Assembly (NCBI GenBank): GCA_937902735.1
Contig: CALELS010000013.1
Location: 204,321-268,320 of the forward strand
DNA from: an uncultured Bacillales bacterium
Lineage (GTDB): Bacteria; Bacillota_I; Bacilli_A; RFN20; CAG-826
Direction: 5' to 3'
DNA: 64,000 nucleotides
A program made the translations under genes and the position numbers. Positions 36,484 to 46,975 of this stretch are shown here, piece after piece; position 1 is the stretch's first letter; the number at the start of each line of letters is the position of its first letter. The notes below the pieces were generated by a model that did not search any database, was not told where the DNA came from, and saw only the letters and a program-made list of their open reading frames with translations.

Positions 36484-37137
36484 ATGTCGTCAAAATTTGT
36501 TAAGAAAATTGTTTTTACGGTTGTTTATGCAGTCGTATTTACCATCGGTCTAGTAATGATGATCATTGGTAGTTTAAATAGCCCAGCTGGAGATATGTCC
36601 ATTATTGAAATTATTGGACTTGTGATAGCTTTAATTGGCGGAATCGGTTTGATGGTTGAAATCAATTTATGGTTAGATTTCTTATCTTATCGCTTTGGAT
36701 TCATCTATTGGCCTATTGTGCTAGTTATTGCTTTAGCAGCCTTTGGATTAAGTTTCTTATTTACCCCAATTCCAGCAAATCCTGAATTAGGAACAGAATT
36801 CAATCCAAACAACTGTGAATATCTTGCAGTTATGCATGGATTAATTGTCTTCCTTGCTGTTCCAATGCTTGAAGGTCATGCATCACATTATATGGTTGTT
36901 GAAGATACATATATTGATGATTATAAAATTGATACCCAAGAATATTATGCAGATTTCTATGTTCCTGGTTGGTGGAAAAAATTAATCGCTGTTGGCGTGC
37001 TTGGCGGTGGTTTCTATGGATTAAGTATGATTACTGGTGTATATCCATGGTTACCAATCATTTATGGTGCAATTGAAATACTCTTCGTTGGATATTTAAC
37101 AATAATCTCTATTATTAGAAGAGCAAGAGCTAATTGA
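36484..37137 (+). CDS. Hypothetical polytopic membrane protein
   Basis: 217 aa, with GAGGA 7 nt upstream of the ATG and 6 hydrophobic helices. Confidence 0.6.
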   Translation: MSSKFVKKIVFTVVYAVVFTIGLVMMIIGSLNSPAGDMSIIEIIGLVIALIGGIGLMVEINLWLDFLSYRFGFIYWPIVLVIALAAFGLSFLFTPIPANPELGTEFNPNNCEYLAVMHGLIVFLAVPMLEGHASHYMVVEDTYIDDYKIDTQEYYADFYVPGWWKKLIAVGVLGGGFYGLSMITGVYPWLPIIYGAIEILFVGYLTIISIIRRARAN

Positions 37138-37152
37138 TTTAAATATTAATTT

Positions 37153-38382
37153 TTAGAAAGCCCAATTTCCTTCTTTGAAGATTTGGACTTTTTTTCCATC
37201 TTTTAGATGAGCAACAATATCTAAGTCTTTACTACCAATCATGAAATCAACATGGATTGATGAATCATTGATACCTTTTTGATGTAATTCTTCGTTTGTA
37301 TATTTATCGTAGTCTTTAACAAGATTTGTAAAGCCCATACCTAACGCTAAATGACAGGCTGCATTTTCATCAAATAATGTATTGTAGAAAAGTAAACCTG
37401 TTTTGTTAATTGGGGAATCGAATGGTACTAAGGCAACTTCTCCTAAATATGCTGCACCTGGATCCATACTAATCATGTGTTTTAATAATTCTTCATTCTT
37501 TTCGGCGTGAACTTCAATAGCTTTACCATCTTTAAACCTTATTGAAAAATTTTCAATAAGTTGTCCTTGATAAGAAAGTGGCTTTGTCGAATATACAATT
37601 CCTTCTGCTTTGCCTTTAATTGGTGAAGTAAAACATTCTTCTGTAGGAATATTTGGATTGTAATAAATATTTGTCCCTAAAGTATGTTCCCCGCCAGCAC
37701 ACCAATTAACTTCATGAGAAAGCCAAACTCTGAAATTGGTGCCATTTGTGGAGTGATATTCCAAATAATCGATATCAAGAGAATTCATAAAATCAGTGTA
37801 TCTAGCAAGATTCTTATTATGTTCATCCCATGCTTTAATAGGGTCAACTCCATCGCATCTTGCAACGCTTAAAACTGCTTTCCAAAGCTCTTCAACAGCT
37901 TTCTTCTTAGAAAGATGTGGAAAAACTTTTTTAGCCCAAGCTTCTGCTGGAACGCCAACAATGTTCCATTGATATTTGTTTTCTCTTTCATCTCTTAGAG
38001 GTTTCATAATTGGATAAACTCTTTTTGAGATAGCAGCAAGCTTTGCTTGATTAACACCTTTGAGTCCATCAGGATCATCACTGTCTAGCCAAATAGTTAC
38101 AGGCAATATCTTGTTATAATATTTCTCTTTTTCGATTCTCCACTCAGGAATATCTGAAAGGTTTTTAACACTGGCCTTCTTATAATGAACCTTAGCAACT
38201 TTATTTGATGAGAATTCAACGACAACCTTGCTAGCGCCCAATTTATAACATTCTTCCGCAACATAACTTGCTAATAAATCTTGGGAAACATCAGCGTTAA
38301 CAATTACATATTGTCCTTTTTGAACATTTGCGCCAACCTTAGCAATTACTTTTGCATAATTTCTTAATACACTTTTCTTCAT
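37153..38382 (-). CDS. Aminopeptidase, M29 (AmpS/PepS) family
   Basis: 409 aa. N-terminus LRNYAKVIAKVGANVQKGQYVIV, with later blocks EECFTSP and HLALGMGF. Confidence 0.85.
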   Translation of the reverse strand: MKKSVLRNYAKVIAKVGANVQKGQYVIVNADVSQDLLASYVAEECYKLGASKVVVEFSSNKVAKVHYKKASVKNLSDIPEWRIEKEKYYNKILPVTIWLDSDDPDGLKGVNQAKLAAISKRVYPIMKPLRDERENKYQWNIVGVPAEAWAKKVFPHLSKKKAVEELWKAVLSVARCDGVDPIKAWDEHNKNLARYTDFMNSLDIDYLEYHSTNGTNFRVWLSHEVNWCAGGEHTLGTNIYYNPNIPTEECFTSPIKGKAEGIVYSTKPLSYQGQLIENFSIRFKDGKAIEVHAEKNEELLKHMISMDPGAAYLGEVALVPFDSPINKTGLLFYNTLFDENAACHLALGMGFTNLVKDYDKYTNEELHQKGINDSSIHVDFMIGSKDLDIVAHLKDGKKVQIFKEGNWAF

Positions 38383-38485
38383 AACGACCTCCTTATATCG
38401 ACTACAATATTTTACATTTTCTATTCTTTTTTGTTTACAAAAAAATAATGTAATTTATAATCTCTTAAGGAAAGGAGCGTAGAAA

Positions 38486-39097
38486 ATGAAAAAGTTTTTT
38501 ATCGTTGCAAACGCTTGGAGATTTATCGAAGCAATCTTATTAATTACTCTTGGCATTTTTACAATCATATTTGCTAATAGTACTGATTTTAAATGGGTAA
38601 TTGGTTTAATTGCTGCTATTTCATTAATTATCGATGGAACTTTTAATTTAATTTATTATTTCTTCAGAGTAATGTTCCACGAAGCAAAAGCTGGATTAAT
38701 TAGTAGTGTAGGAGAAATTACAATTGGTATTTTTATCATTGTTGCCTCTTCTGCAAACAAAACATTCTTTGTTGATAATTTTGTTCTATTAGTTTCCTTA
38801 CTACTCATTGTAGTAGGTAGCACACTTATTATTGAAGCTACTGCTAAAATTGTTGCAAAAACTGCTACAGTTGTGGCTTTAGTTGTTGAATATTCCCTTG
38901 GTGCATTAGGCATTGCATTAGGAATTCTTGGTTTAGTCTTTATGACTAGCGATGTTCTCTTAATTATTGCTGGTGCAGTATTAATTGCTGCTGGAATAGT
39001 TTTGACATTATTTGTTGTTCTTTCATTAATTACTGCTGTCCGTGCAGGAAAAACAGTTAGAGAGTTCTTCGAAAGCGATAATAGCATAAAGAAATAA
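38486..39097 (+). CDS. Membrane protein, HdeD/DUF308-like
   Basis: Six evenly spaced helices with repeated GIxxIxxG patterns, and AAAGGAG upstream of the ATG. Confidence 0.5.
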   Translation: MKKFFIVANAWRFIEAILLITLGIFTIIFANSTDFKWVIGLIAAISLIIDGTFNLIYYFFRVMFHEAKAGLISSVGEITIGIFIIVASSANKTFFVDNFVLLVSLLLIVVGSTLIIEATAKIVAKTATVVALVVEYSLGALGIALGILGLVFMTSDVLLIIAGAVLIAAGIVLTLFVVLSLITAVRAGKTVREFFESDNSIKK

Positions 39098-39101
39098 AAG
39101 A

Positions 39102-39139
39102 AAATCCACCTGTTCGCTTATTGAATTCGGTGGATTTTT
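39102..39139. terminator. Bidirectional terminator between convergent genes
   Basis: AAAATCCACC / GGTGGATTTT stem followed by a T-run on the plus strand, with an A-run on the other side. Confidence 0.6.
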
Positions 39140-39144
39140 TCTTT

Positions 39145-39939
39145 TTATTTTGTATGTAATTTATATGCTGTAATTAGATTCTCCATTAGTGTTAATCTAG
39201 TTAATAGACCAACGCCTCCAGGAACTGGAGTTTGAAGTGCAACATCAAGTCCTGGTTTTGCATCGCCATGAAGACCATCTTCATCACGAGAAATACCAAC
39301 ATCAACAACAATTGCACTCTTCTTTAATGGTTGATCGCTTAAGAAGTGTTTCTTACCAATTGCTACTACAACAATATCAGCATGGGCAAGATAGAAGTCC
39401 ATATCTTCTTTTGTTGTCCTTGAGTGAAGAACGGTGACATTACAATGTTCTTTTAGTAATAATTTAGCGGCAGGTTTACCAACAATATTGCTTCTTCCAA
39501 GCACAACTGCATTCTTTCCTACAAAATCAACATTTTCACTCTTTAAGTAGTTAATGACACCTAAAGGTGTGCATGGTGAATATTGGCTAAGTGGATGAAA
39601 TCCATCAATATCTTTAGTTGGATTAACTGATAATTTGACAATATCTTCGTTAATATGCTTTGGTAGTGGCATTTGAACAATCAATGCATCAACTGAATCA
39701 TCCTTATTGATTTCATCAATTTGTTTTAATAATTCTTCTTGTGAAATTTCTATAGGAAGTTTGATAAGTCTAGCATCAAGTCCAATTTCTGCAGCATCTT
39801 TTAGCTTACCTTTAACATATGCATTACTACCTGCATCTTCATTAACTTGGATAATAACTAAAGATGGTTTTCTTTCAAACGACAAAACTTCATCTTTTAA
39901 AAATAATTTTCTTTGTTTTACGTATTCTTTAATTTCCAT
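39145..39939 (-). CDS. folD: Bifunctional methylenetetrahydrofolate dehydrogenase / methenyl-THF cyclohydrolase
   Basis: SNAYVKGKLKDAAEIG, QMPLP, TPLGV, GRSNIVGKP and PVPGGVG. The start is uncertain: 39939 is the first ATG outside the secG terminator hairpin. Confidence 0.9.
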   Translation of the reverse strand: MEIKEYVKQRKLFLKDEVLSFERKPSLVIIQVNEDAGSNAYVKGKLKDAAEIGLDARLIKLPIEISQEELLKQIDEINKDDSVDALIVQMPLPKHINEDIVKLSVNPTKDIDGFHPLSQYSPCTPLGVINYLKSENVDFVGKNAVVLGRSNIVGKPAAKLLLKEHCNVTVLHSRTTKEDMDFYLAHADIVVVAIGKKHFLSDQPLKKSAIVVDVGISRDEDGLHGDAKPGLDVALQTPVPGGVGLLTRLTLMENLITAYKLHTK

Positions 39940-39963
39940 ACCTAATATATTAGAGCAAATAAA

Positions 39964-39990
39964 ATAAAAAATGTATCGAAATCGATACAT
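39964..39990 (-). terminator. Terminator hairpin after secG
   Basis: Palindrome ATGTATCGAAATCGATACAT (39971-39990) followed by a U-run on the minus strand. Confidence 0.5.
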
Positions 39991-40013
39991 TATCATCTGG
40001 AGTAGTCTATCTA

Positions 40014-40244
40014 TTAACTGATAGAACTAATTAATATCGCAAGGAACATAAATATAATTGCAAAGCCGAAGGTTAGATAAGTAATAACTTTTTCAGAACC
40101 TCTTTCCTTTGTTTTTACAAAGATGTTCATGCCACCACCAGTAATAGCACCAGAAGCACCTTCTGATTTACCACCTTGGAGCAATGATAAAACAATGATA
40201 ATAACTGCTATTACTAAGAAGATGTAATCATACCATTGTAACAT
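40014..40244 (-). CDS. secG: Preprotein translocase subunit SecG
   Basis: 76 aa with two TM helices and the central LLQGGKSEGASGAITGG motif. Confidence 0.8.
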   Translation of the reverse strand: MLQWYDYIFLVIAVIIIVLSLLQGGKSEGASGAITGGGMNIFVKTKERGSEKVITYLTFGFAIIFMFLAILISSIS

Positions 40245-40404
40245 TTTGTCTTTTTCCTTCCTTGGATACCTTTAATATAATACACAACTATTTTTCTAAA
40301 GCAATGCTTTATATGAACATTATTGACATTTGGTATAACAATGAAGGGTTTTTATATTGAAGACATCTACTAATTATTAGTAAAATATGAAAGAGGAATT
40401 AAAC

Positions 40405-41334
40405 ATGTCTATTGAGTTAAGCAACGAAGAACGCGAAAGACGTTATAGGATTAAATGGTATAAAAGAGACTATGATAAGTGTCATAGAGCAATTAGAATT
40501 TTTCTACTTGTTTTTATTTTGTCCATATTAACTGTTTCACTTGTTGGTTTTTTTGTCGATTTCTTATCAACTAAATTTGGGGAATTGGTAATTATTGCCT
40601 CAAAAGTCAATAAAGAAAACGCGATGAATATTGGCAAACTTACTTTTCTTTCCTTTATACCTGTGCTCCCATTATTTATTCCTAATTTTACAGAATTGTG
40701 GATATATTCTGTTAATAACGCCGTAGAGAAAAAACACGATAAAAAAATTGACGAAATATACAAACTCAAATATTCACGAAAAATCAGCGAATCACAATTT
40801 GAACAAATGAGAAAAGATGAATATGCACGCTATGAAGTTGTTAGTGATAGAGCTGAAAAATTCGATATATTTAAGGACTTTGTAATAATAGCACTTTGCA
40901 TAATATCAGCTACTGCTCTTGTTGTTTTATATTACATTTTAACAAAAGACTTTTTCGCTACTTTAACTCGTTCTACAAACACAAATAAATTCTTAGCTTT
41001 TATTGAAAACATTAGAGATGTTTATATATGGTACATTTTACCGGTGTTTAACCTCTTCCTCGTAGCTTTCCCATCGTTCCTTGCTTTTAAGTTAGATAAT
41101 AGACCAGTATGGGTTATGATACTTTCAACTATTGTCACTCTTTTATTCATGGTTGGTATACCAATCTTAATTGGATGGTTGGGTGGAATTGTAGCTTTAA
41201 TTGTTGAAGTTCTTATTGTTGGTGGTGCAATAGTTTTGATAGTAGTCTTTGCCGCTGGTGTGGCCGATGGATATACCATGGTTGGTAAAGTTAAAGGACC
41301 AAACGGACAAGAATTTACAATTCACCGTTTTTAA
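40405..41334 (+). CDS. Hypothetical polytopic membrane protein
   Basis: The start is placed at the ATG at 40405, 7 nt after AAGAGGA. The ATG at 40387 is the track alternative. I recognise no family. Confidence 0.55.
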   Translation: MSIELSNEERERRYRIKWYKRDYDKCHRAIRIFLLVFILSILTVSLVGFFVDFLSTKFGELVIIASKVNKENAMNIGKLTFLSFIPVLPLFIPNFTELWIYSVNNAVEKKHDKKIDEIYKLKYSRKISESQFEQMRKDEYARYEVVSDRAEKFDIFKDFVIIALCIISATALVVLYYILTKDFFATLTRSTNTNKFLAFIENIRDVYIWYILPVFNLFLVAFPSFLAFKLDNRPVWVMILSTIVTLLFMVGIPILIGWLGGIVALIVEVLIVGGAIVLIVVFAAGVADGYTMVGKVKGPNGQEFTIHRF

Positions 41335-41337
41335 TTC

Positions 41338-43317
41338 TTATTTATTTAAATATTCTGCTTTGATTTCAAATATCAAATCCCTGATTTCTGCGGCTTTTTC
41401 GAAGTCATATTCTTTAGCGGCGTTCTTCATTTCTTTTTCTAGTCGTTTAATCTCTCGCTCTATTTCAGTTCTACTTGAAGCTTTGCTTAACTTCTTGCTT
41501 CTATCAGTTTCAGTTTCTATGTTAGTAAGAGGAGAACGAACTTCTTTAATAATTGTTGTTGGAATAATTCCATATTCTTCATTATATGCACTTTGAATTG
41601 AGCGACGACGATTCGTTTCGTCGATAGCTTCTTTCATAGAATCAGTCATCGTATCTGCATACATAATAACTTTTCCATTTTTATTTCTTGCCGCCCTACC
41701 TATAACTTGAATTAAAGACCTCGTTGAACGTAAGAAACCTTCTTTATCAGCATCTAAAATTGCAATTAATGATACTTCTGGTATATCTAATCCTTCTCTT
41801 AAAAGATTGATACCAATAAGAATGTCATATTTTCCTTTTCTCAATTGATAGATGATTTCAGTTCTTTCTAGAGTCTTGGTTTCATTATGAAGATAGGCAA
41901 CTTTATATCCTCTTTCTTTGAGGTATTCAGTTAAGTCTTCCGCCATACGAATTGTAAGAGTTACAACCATCACTCTTTCGTTTGCTTTTAATCTTAGATT
42001 AATCTCATACATTAAGTCATCAATTTGACCTAACGTTTTTCTAACTTCTACAATAGGATCTAGAAGCCCAGTCGGACGAATAATTTGTTCAACGACTTCG
42101 TGTCCACATTTATCAAGTTCATAATCCCCAGGAGTGGCACTTGTGCATATTGTTTGAGGCATTAAAGATTCAAATTCCTCAAAGTTTAAAGGTCTATTAT
42201 CGAGTGCACTTGGTAATCTAAATCCATATTCAACAAGAGTCATCTTACGAGAGCGATCTCCGTTATACATACCCCTAACTTGTGGAAAAGTAACATGCGA
42301 TTCATCAACAACTAATAGGAAGTCTTTAGGGAAATAATCAATAAGAGAGAATGGTCTAGTACCAGGTGCCCTTTTATCAATGTGTCTTGAATAGTTTTCA
42401 ATACCTGGGCACATTCCAAACTCAAGCATGTTTTCGACATCTTGTCTGGTGCGCATCTCGATTCTTTCTGCTTCTAAATATTTACCACTTTCTTTGTAGA
42501 ACTTAATTCTTTCTTCAAGTTCTTCAAGAATTGTTTTGGTTGCTTGTTTAATTCTTTCTCTAGTGGATGCGTGGTCATAGGCTGGGAAAATAGGAAATGT
42601 CTTATAAGAGGTTTTCACTTCTCCAGTAAGAACATCCACAATTGAGATTCTTTCTACTTCATCTCCAAATAGTTCAATGTGAAGAACAACTTCACTTGAA
42701 TATGGAAGACCAATATCAATAACATCTCCCCTAACTCTAAATGAACCTGGTTTAATATCTAAATTATTTCTAGTATATTGAGCATCAACTAATTTGTGTA
42801 AAAATTCTTCGCGATTAATTTCTTCTCCTTCACGAATATCAAATACCAAACGTCTATATTCATCTGGATCAGTTAATCCATAGATCGATGCAACAGAAGC
42901 AACAATGATAGTATCTCTTCTTTCCAAAATGGAATTAATGGCACTTGTGCGCAACATTTCGATTTCTTCGTTCATCACTGCGCTCTTATCAATGTATGTA
43001 TCAGATTTAGGTAAATAAGCTTCAGGTTGATAAAAATCGAAGTTAGAAACAAAATACTCTACTCTATTATTTGGGAATAGTTCTTTGAACTCACCATATA
43101 ATTGGCTAGCTAATGTTTTATTATGAACCAACACGAGCGTTGGCTTTTGAACTTTTTCAATTATATTAGCAACAGTAAAAGTTTTCCCTGTTCCAGTTGC
43201 ACCTAAAATAACTTGTAATTTCTTTCCTATTTCAATACCATCAACAATTTTTGAAATAGCCTCTGGTTGATCTCCAGTAGGTTTATATTTCGAAATTAAT
43301 TCAAATCGGTGGTCCAT
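41338..43317 (-). CDS. uvrB: Excinuclease ABC subunit B
   Basis: [23 protein letters not shown], the helicase motifs, and the C-terminal UVR domain ([12 protein letters not shown]). Confidence 0.95.
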   Translation of the reverse strand: MDHRFELISKYKPTGDQPEAISKIVDGIEIGKKLQVILGATGTGKTFTVANIIEKVQKPTLVLVHNKTLASQLYGEFKELFPNNRVEYFVSNFDFYQPEAYLPKSDTYIDKSAVMNEEIEMLRTSAINSILERRDTIIVASVASIYGLTDPDEYRRLVFDIREGEEINREEFLHKLVDAQYTRNNLDIKPGSFRVRGDVIDIGLPYSSEVVLHIELFGDEVERISIVDVLTGEVKTSYKTFPIFPAYDHASTRERIKQATKTILEELEERIKFYKESGKYLEAERIEMRTRQDVENMLEFGMCPGIENYSRHIDKRAPGTRPFSLIDYFPKDFLLVVDESHVTFPQVRGMYNGDRSRKMTLVEYGFRLPSALDNRPLNFEEFESLMPQTICTSATPGDYELDKCGHEVVEQIIRPTGLLDPIVEVRKTLGQIDDLMYEINLRLKANERVMVVTLTIRMAEDLTEYLKERGYKVAYLHNETKTLERTEIIYQLRKGKYDILIGINLLREGLDIPEVSLIAILDADKEGFLRSTRSLIQVIGRAARNKNGKVIMYADTMTDSMKEAIDETNRRRSIQSAYNEEYGIIPTTIIKEVRSPLTNIETETDRSKKLSKASSRTEIEREIKRLEKEMKNAAKEYDFEKAAEIRDLIFEIKAEYLNK

Positions 43318-43318
43318 A

Positions 43319-44435
43319 TTATGTTAGTTCACTATTTCTCGATAAAAGTTCTAGATATGAGAAGATGAAGTCATCAATCTCTCCATCCATAACTGCATCA
43401 ACATCGCTTGTTGAATAATTTGTGCGATTATCTTTAACCATTGTGTAAGGACAAAATACATATGAACGAATTTGTGAACCCCATTCAATATCCTTTTGTT
43501 CTCCAACAATGTTTTGCAATGCTTTTTCTTTCTTTTCAACCTCAAGTTGGTAAAGACGAGACTTTAACATCATCATTGCCTTTTCTTTGTTAAGAAGTTG
43601 ACTTCTTTCAACTTGACATGAGACTACAATACCAGTTGGTATATGTGAGATACGTACAGCAGTTTCAACTTTGTTGACGTTTTGTCCACCAGCACCACCA
43701 CTACGATATGTATCTACTCTAATATCTTTGTCTTCGATTTTGATATCAACATCATCTTCAAATTCTGGGACTACGTTAACACTTGCAAATGATGTATGTC
43801 TTCTCTTGTTAGCATCAAAAGGAGAGATTCTAACCAACCTGTGCACGCCTTTTTCACTTTTTAATAGTCCATACGCGTTCTTTCCTTGAATAGCAAAAGT
43901 AATTGATTTTATACCAGCTTCTTCACCAGGTTGGGAATCTAAAATTTGGAATTTCATATGATGACGTTCGCACCAACGAACATACATTCTTGATAGCATA
44001 TCCGCCCAATCTTGAGACTCAGTACCACCAGCACCAGAATGAATATCTAAAACAACATTAAGCTTGTCAAATTCTCCTTTAAAAAGTACTTTTTGTCTAA
44101 AAACTTTAACGTCTTTTGTTAGTTCATTAATCATCTCTTCTATAAGAGATTTCATATCTTCATCATCTTCGGTGCACGCAAAAAGAAGATCATTTAAATC
44201 TTTGTGAGTATTTGTAATTTTTAAATATGAATCACGCTCTTCTTTAGCGTCGTTATATTCATCAATAACCTTAACAGCTTCTTTTTGGTTATCCCAAAAG
44301 CCATCTTGGTTTTGAATTCTATCTAGTTCTTCGATTTTATTATTTAAAAATGCAAGGTCAAAGAGAATCACCGAGTCTATAGACCATTTCGCTGAGTGAA
44401 TTAAAATCTAGGCGAAGTTCTTGTAGCTCTTTCAT
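43319..44435 (-). CDS. prfB: Peptide chain release factor 2, expressed by programmed +1 frameshift
   Basis: Frame 0 runs from the ATG at 44435 ([25 protein letters not shown]) to the in-frame TGA at 44360-44358. The +1 frame continues [11 protein letters not shown]... to 43319 and contains SPF and GGQ. Confidence 0.95.
44357..44363 (-). promoter_or_regulatory. prfB +1 frameshift site CUU UGA C
   Basis: The minus strand reads CTC GGT GAT TCT CTT TGA C. GGTGAT is an internal Shine-Dalgarno-like element 3 nt upstream of the slippery CTT. Confidence 0.85.
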
Positions 44436-46855
44436 TATTCCTTCTTATCCTCAACATCTTTACTTTCGGCATCTACTGCATCTGGTTTTTCTTGTGGTTG
44501 TGAACGATCAACTTTAACTTGTACAACTACGTTGAGAAGTTTGAATACAGCGTCAACTGAAATAGCTTCAAGACATTCTCTAAAGAGTTGTTGTCCTTCA
44601 TTAACATAGTCTTGAAGCGGGTTTGTATTAGCATAAGCGCGTAATTGAATGCCTTCACGTAAATGTGCCATGGTGTCAATTTGTTTTGTCCAGTTTTGAT
44701 CCATAGTTTGAAGGGCAATTTCTCTTTCAACATGATCGGCAATATCAGGAGCCCATTGTTTACGTCTAATATGGTAAATATCCAATAGGGTTTCACCTAA
44801 ATCTTGTCCAGCATCATCATAAGGAGCTTCATCATAAACTTCTTTTTTGAATGCTCCTTCAGGCATAAATCTTGGTTCAAGAATTTTGCGAAGAGCTTCT
44901 CCATCAATTAGTCCATCTTTGCTATCTGCTGGAACGGATTTTCTTGCTAAAACTAGACCAGCAGTTTCAAAGAATTCATTAATTAAGTCATCAATGTTAT
45001 CGGCGTACATGATGGCATCACGTTTTTCATAAATAGCGTTTCTTTGACGAGAAATAACATCATCGTAATCAAGTAAGTTTTTACGAATATCAAAGTTTCT
45101 TCCTTCGATTTGTTTTTGAGCGTTCGTAATTACACTTGTAAACATCTTGCTTTCAAGTGGTCCTTCACCAAATTGTTCTATACGTTTTTGAACAGATTCA
45201 GCAGCAAATCTCTTTAAAAGATCATCATCAAAGGAAACATAGAATCTTGTAAATCCTGGGTCACCCTGACGACCAGAACGGCCTCTTAATTGGTTATCAA
45301 TACGTCTTGATTCATGTCTTTCTGTACCGAATACACACAAACCGCCAAGTGCTTTGACTTCGTCATTGATTTTAATATCGGTACCACGACCAGCCATGTT
45401 AGTGGCGATTGTGATAGCACCTTTTTCGCCAGCTCTTGCAATAATTTCAGCTTCACGAGCATGGTTTTTAGCGTTCAACACCTCGTGTTTCAAACCTTTT
45501 TCATTCAAGAGATTCGATACTTCTTCAGAAGATTCAACCGAAACAGTACCAATAAGAATTGGTTGTCCTTTTTGATGTCTTTCGACAACTTCGTTTACAA
45601 GATGCTCAAGTTTTTCCTTCTTGTGAGCAAAAATATAATCGGTCGCATCAATTCTTTGAATTGGTCTATTTGTTGGAATTGAAACAACGCGCATATTGTA
45701 GATTTTTTGGAATTCTTCTTCCTCGGTTTTGGCAGTACCTGTCATACCCGATAACTTCTTGAATAAACGGAAGAAGTTTTGATATGTGATTGTAGCAACT
45801 GTGACAGTTTCAGATTTAATTTCAACGCCTTCTTTAGCCTGGATAGCTTGGTGAAGTCCATCTGAATATTCACGACCTTTTAAAATACGACCAGTAAATT
45901 GGTCAATTAATTGGATTTGTCCTTCGGCATCTACCATATATTCAACATCTCTTGAGAAAATATAGTTAGCTTTTAAGGCTTGATGTATACGGTGGACTAA
46001 ATCTTGATATTCTGGATCATAAAGATTACGAATGCCAAACATTCTTTCTGCTTTAGCGTTACCTTCATCAGTTAACGAAACAGCACGATCTTTGATATCG
46101 ATTTCAAAGTCTTTGTCTTTTTTAAGTGTTTTAACAAAGCGATCTGCAACAGTATATTGAGAAGCAGAAACCTTTGAACCACCAGAAATAATAAGTGGGG
46201 TTCTTGATTCGTCAATTAAAATTGAGTCAGCTTCATCGATAACAGCATAGTTGAGTCCTCTAAGAACTCGGCTTGCTGGTGTTTTAGCCATATTATCGCG
46301 AAGGTAATCAAAACCAAGTTCAGAGTTTGTTGTGTAGGTAATATCGCATAAATGGGCTTGTTTCTTTTCTTGAGGAGTTAATTCACGAAGGTTACAACCA
46401 ACGGTTAACCCTAGGAAACGATAGATTTGACCCATCCATTCAGAGTCACGTTGAGCAAGATATTCATTAACAGTAACAACATGAACACCTTCACCTTTTA
46501 AAGCATTTAGATAAACAGTCATTGTAGCGGTTAAGGTTTTACCTTCACCAGTTTTCATTTCGGCAACATCGCCTGTATGAAGAACAAGAGCGCCAATAAC
46601 TTGAACCTTAAATGGGAATTGACCTAAAACGCGTTTAGCAGCTTCTCTAGCAACAGCAAAAGCTTCGTATTTAATGTCATCAAGAGTTGCTCCATTTTTG
46701 AGAGCTTCTTTAAACATCTCTGTCTTTGCACGTAAATCATCATCACTAAGAGCAGCAATTTGTTCTTCGAAAGCTAAAACTTTATCAGCTTCGCGAGAAT
46801 ATTTTTTAAGTGCTCTAGCATCGAATCGGAATATTTTTTCGATAAAATTGCTCAT
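44435..46855 (-). CDS. secA: Preprotein translocase ATPase SecA
   Basis: 806 aa with MKTGEGKTL, DEADSILIDE and the standard SecA blocks. Its TAA stop overlaps the prfB ATG (TAATG). Confidence 0.95.
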   Translation of the reverse strand: MSNFIEKIFRFDARALKKYSREADKVLAFEEQIAALSDDDLRAKTEMFKEALKNGATLDDIKYEAFAVAREAAKRVLGQFPFKVQVIGALVLHTGDVAEMKTGEGKTLTATMTVYLNALKGEGVHVVTVNEYLAQRDSEWMGQIYRFLGLTVGCNLRELTPQEKKQAHLCDITYTTNSELGFDYLRDNMAKTPASRVLRGLNYAVIDEADSILIDESRTPLIISGGSKVSASQYTVADRFVKTLKKDKDFEIDIKDRAVSLTDEGNAKAERMFGIRNLYDPEYQDLVHRIHQALKANYIFSRDVEYMVDAEGQIQLIDQFTGRILKGREYSDGLHQAIQAKEGVEIKSETVTVATITYQNFFRLFKKLSGMTGTAKTEEEEFQKIYNMRVVSIPTNRPIQRIDATDYIFAHKKEKLEHLVNEVVERHQKGQPILIGTVSVESSEEVSNLLNEKGLKHEVLNAKNHAREAEIIARAGEKGAITIATNMAGRGTDIKINDEVKALGGLCVFGTERHESRRIDNQLRGRSGRQGDPGFTRFYVSFDDDLLKRFAAESVQKRIEQFGEGPLESKMFTSVITNAQKQIEGRNFDIRKNLLDYDDVISRQRNAIYEKRDAIMYADNIDDLINEFFETAGLVLARKSVPADSKDGLIDGEALRKILEPRFMPEGAFKKEVYDEAPYDDAGQDLGETLLDIYHIRRKQWAPDIADHVEREIALQTMDQNWTKQIDTMAHLREGIQLRAYANTNPLQDYVNEGQQLFRECLEAISVDAVFKLLNVVVQVKVDRSQPQEKPDAVDAESKDVEDKKE

Positions 46856-46975
46856 ATTTCGTTATACTATTCGCTTAGCGAATAATAGACTCCTTTCGTT
46901 TAAGAATTACCCTAAATAATCTATGATATATTACCATTCTTTAAATGGTATATCAATTAGAAGACTTTATCGGTT

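Noticed and set aside
38656-39087. 143-aa antisense ORF inside the DUF308-like gene
   Set aside because: An open antisense frame caused by biased hydrophobic codon usage. It has no start context and conflicts with a better-supported gene that has a strong Shine-Dalgarno sequence.
45314-45762. Several 67-122-aa plus-strand ORFs inside secA
   Set aside because: They are antisense to a highly conserved gene and have no independent support.
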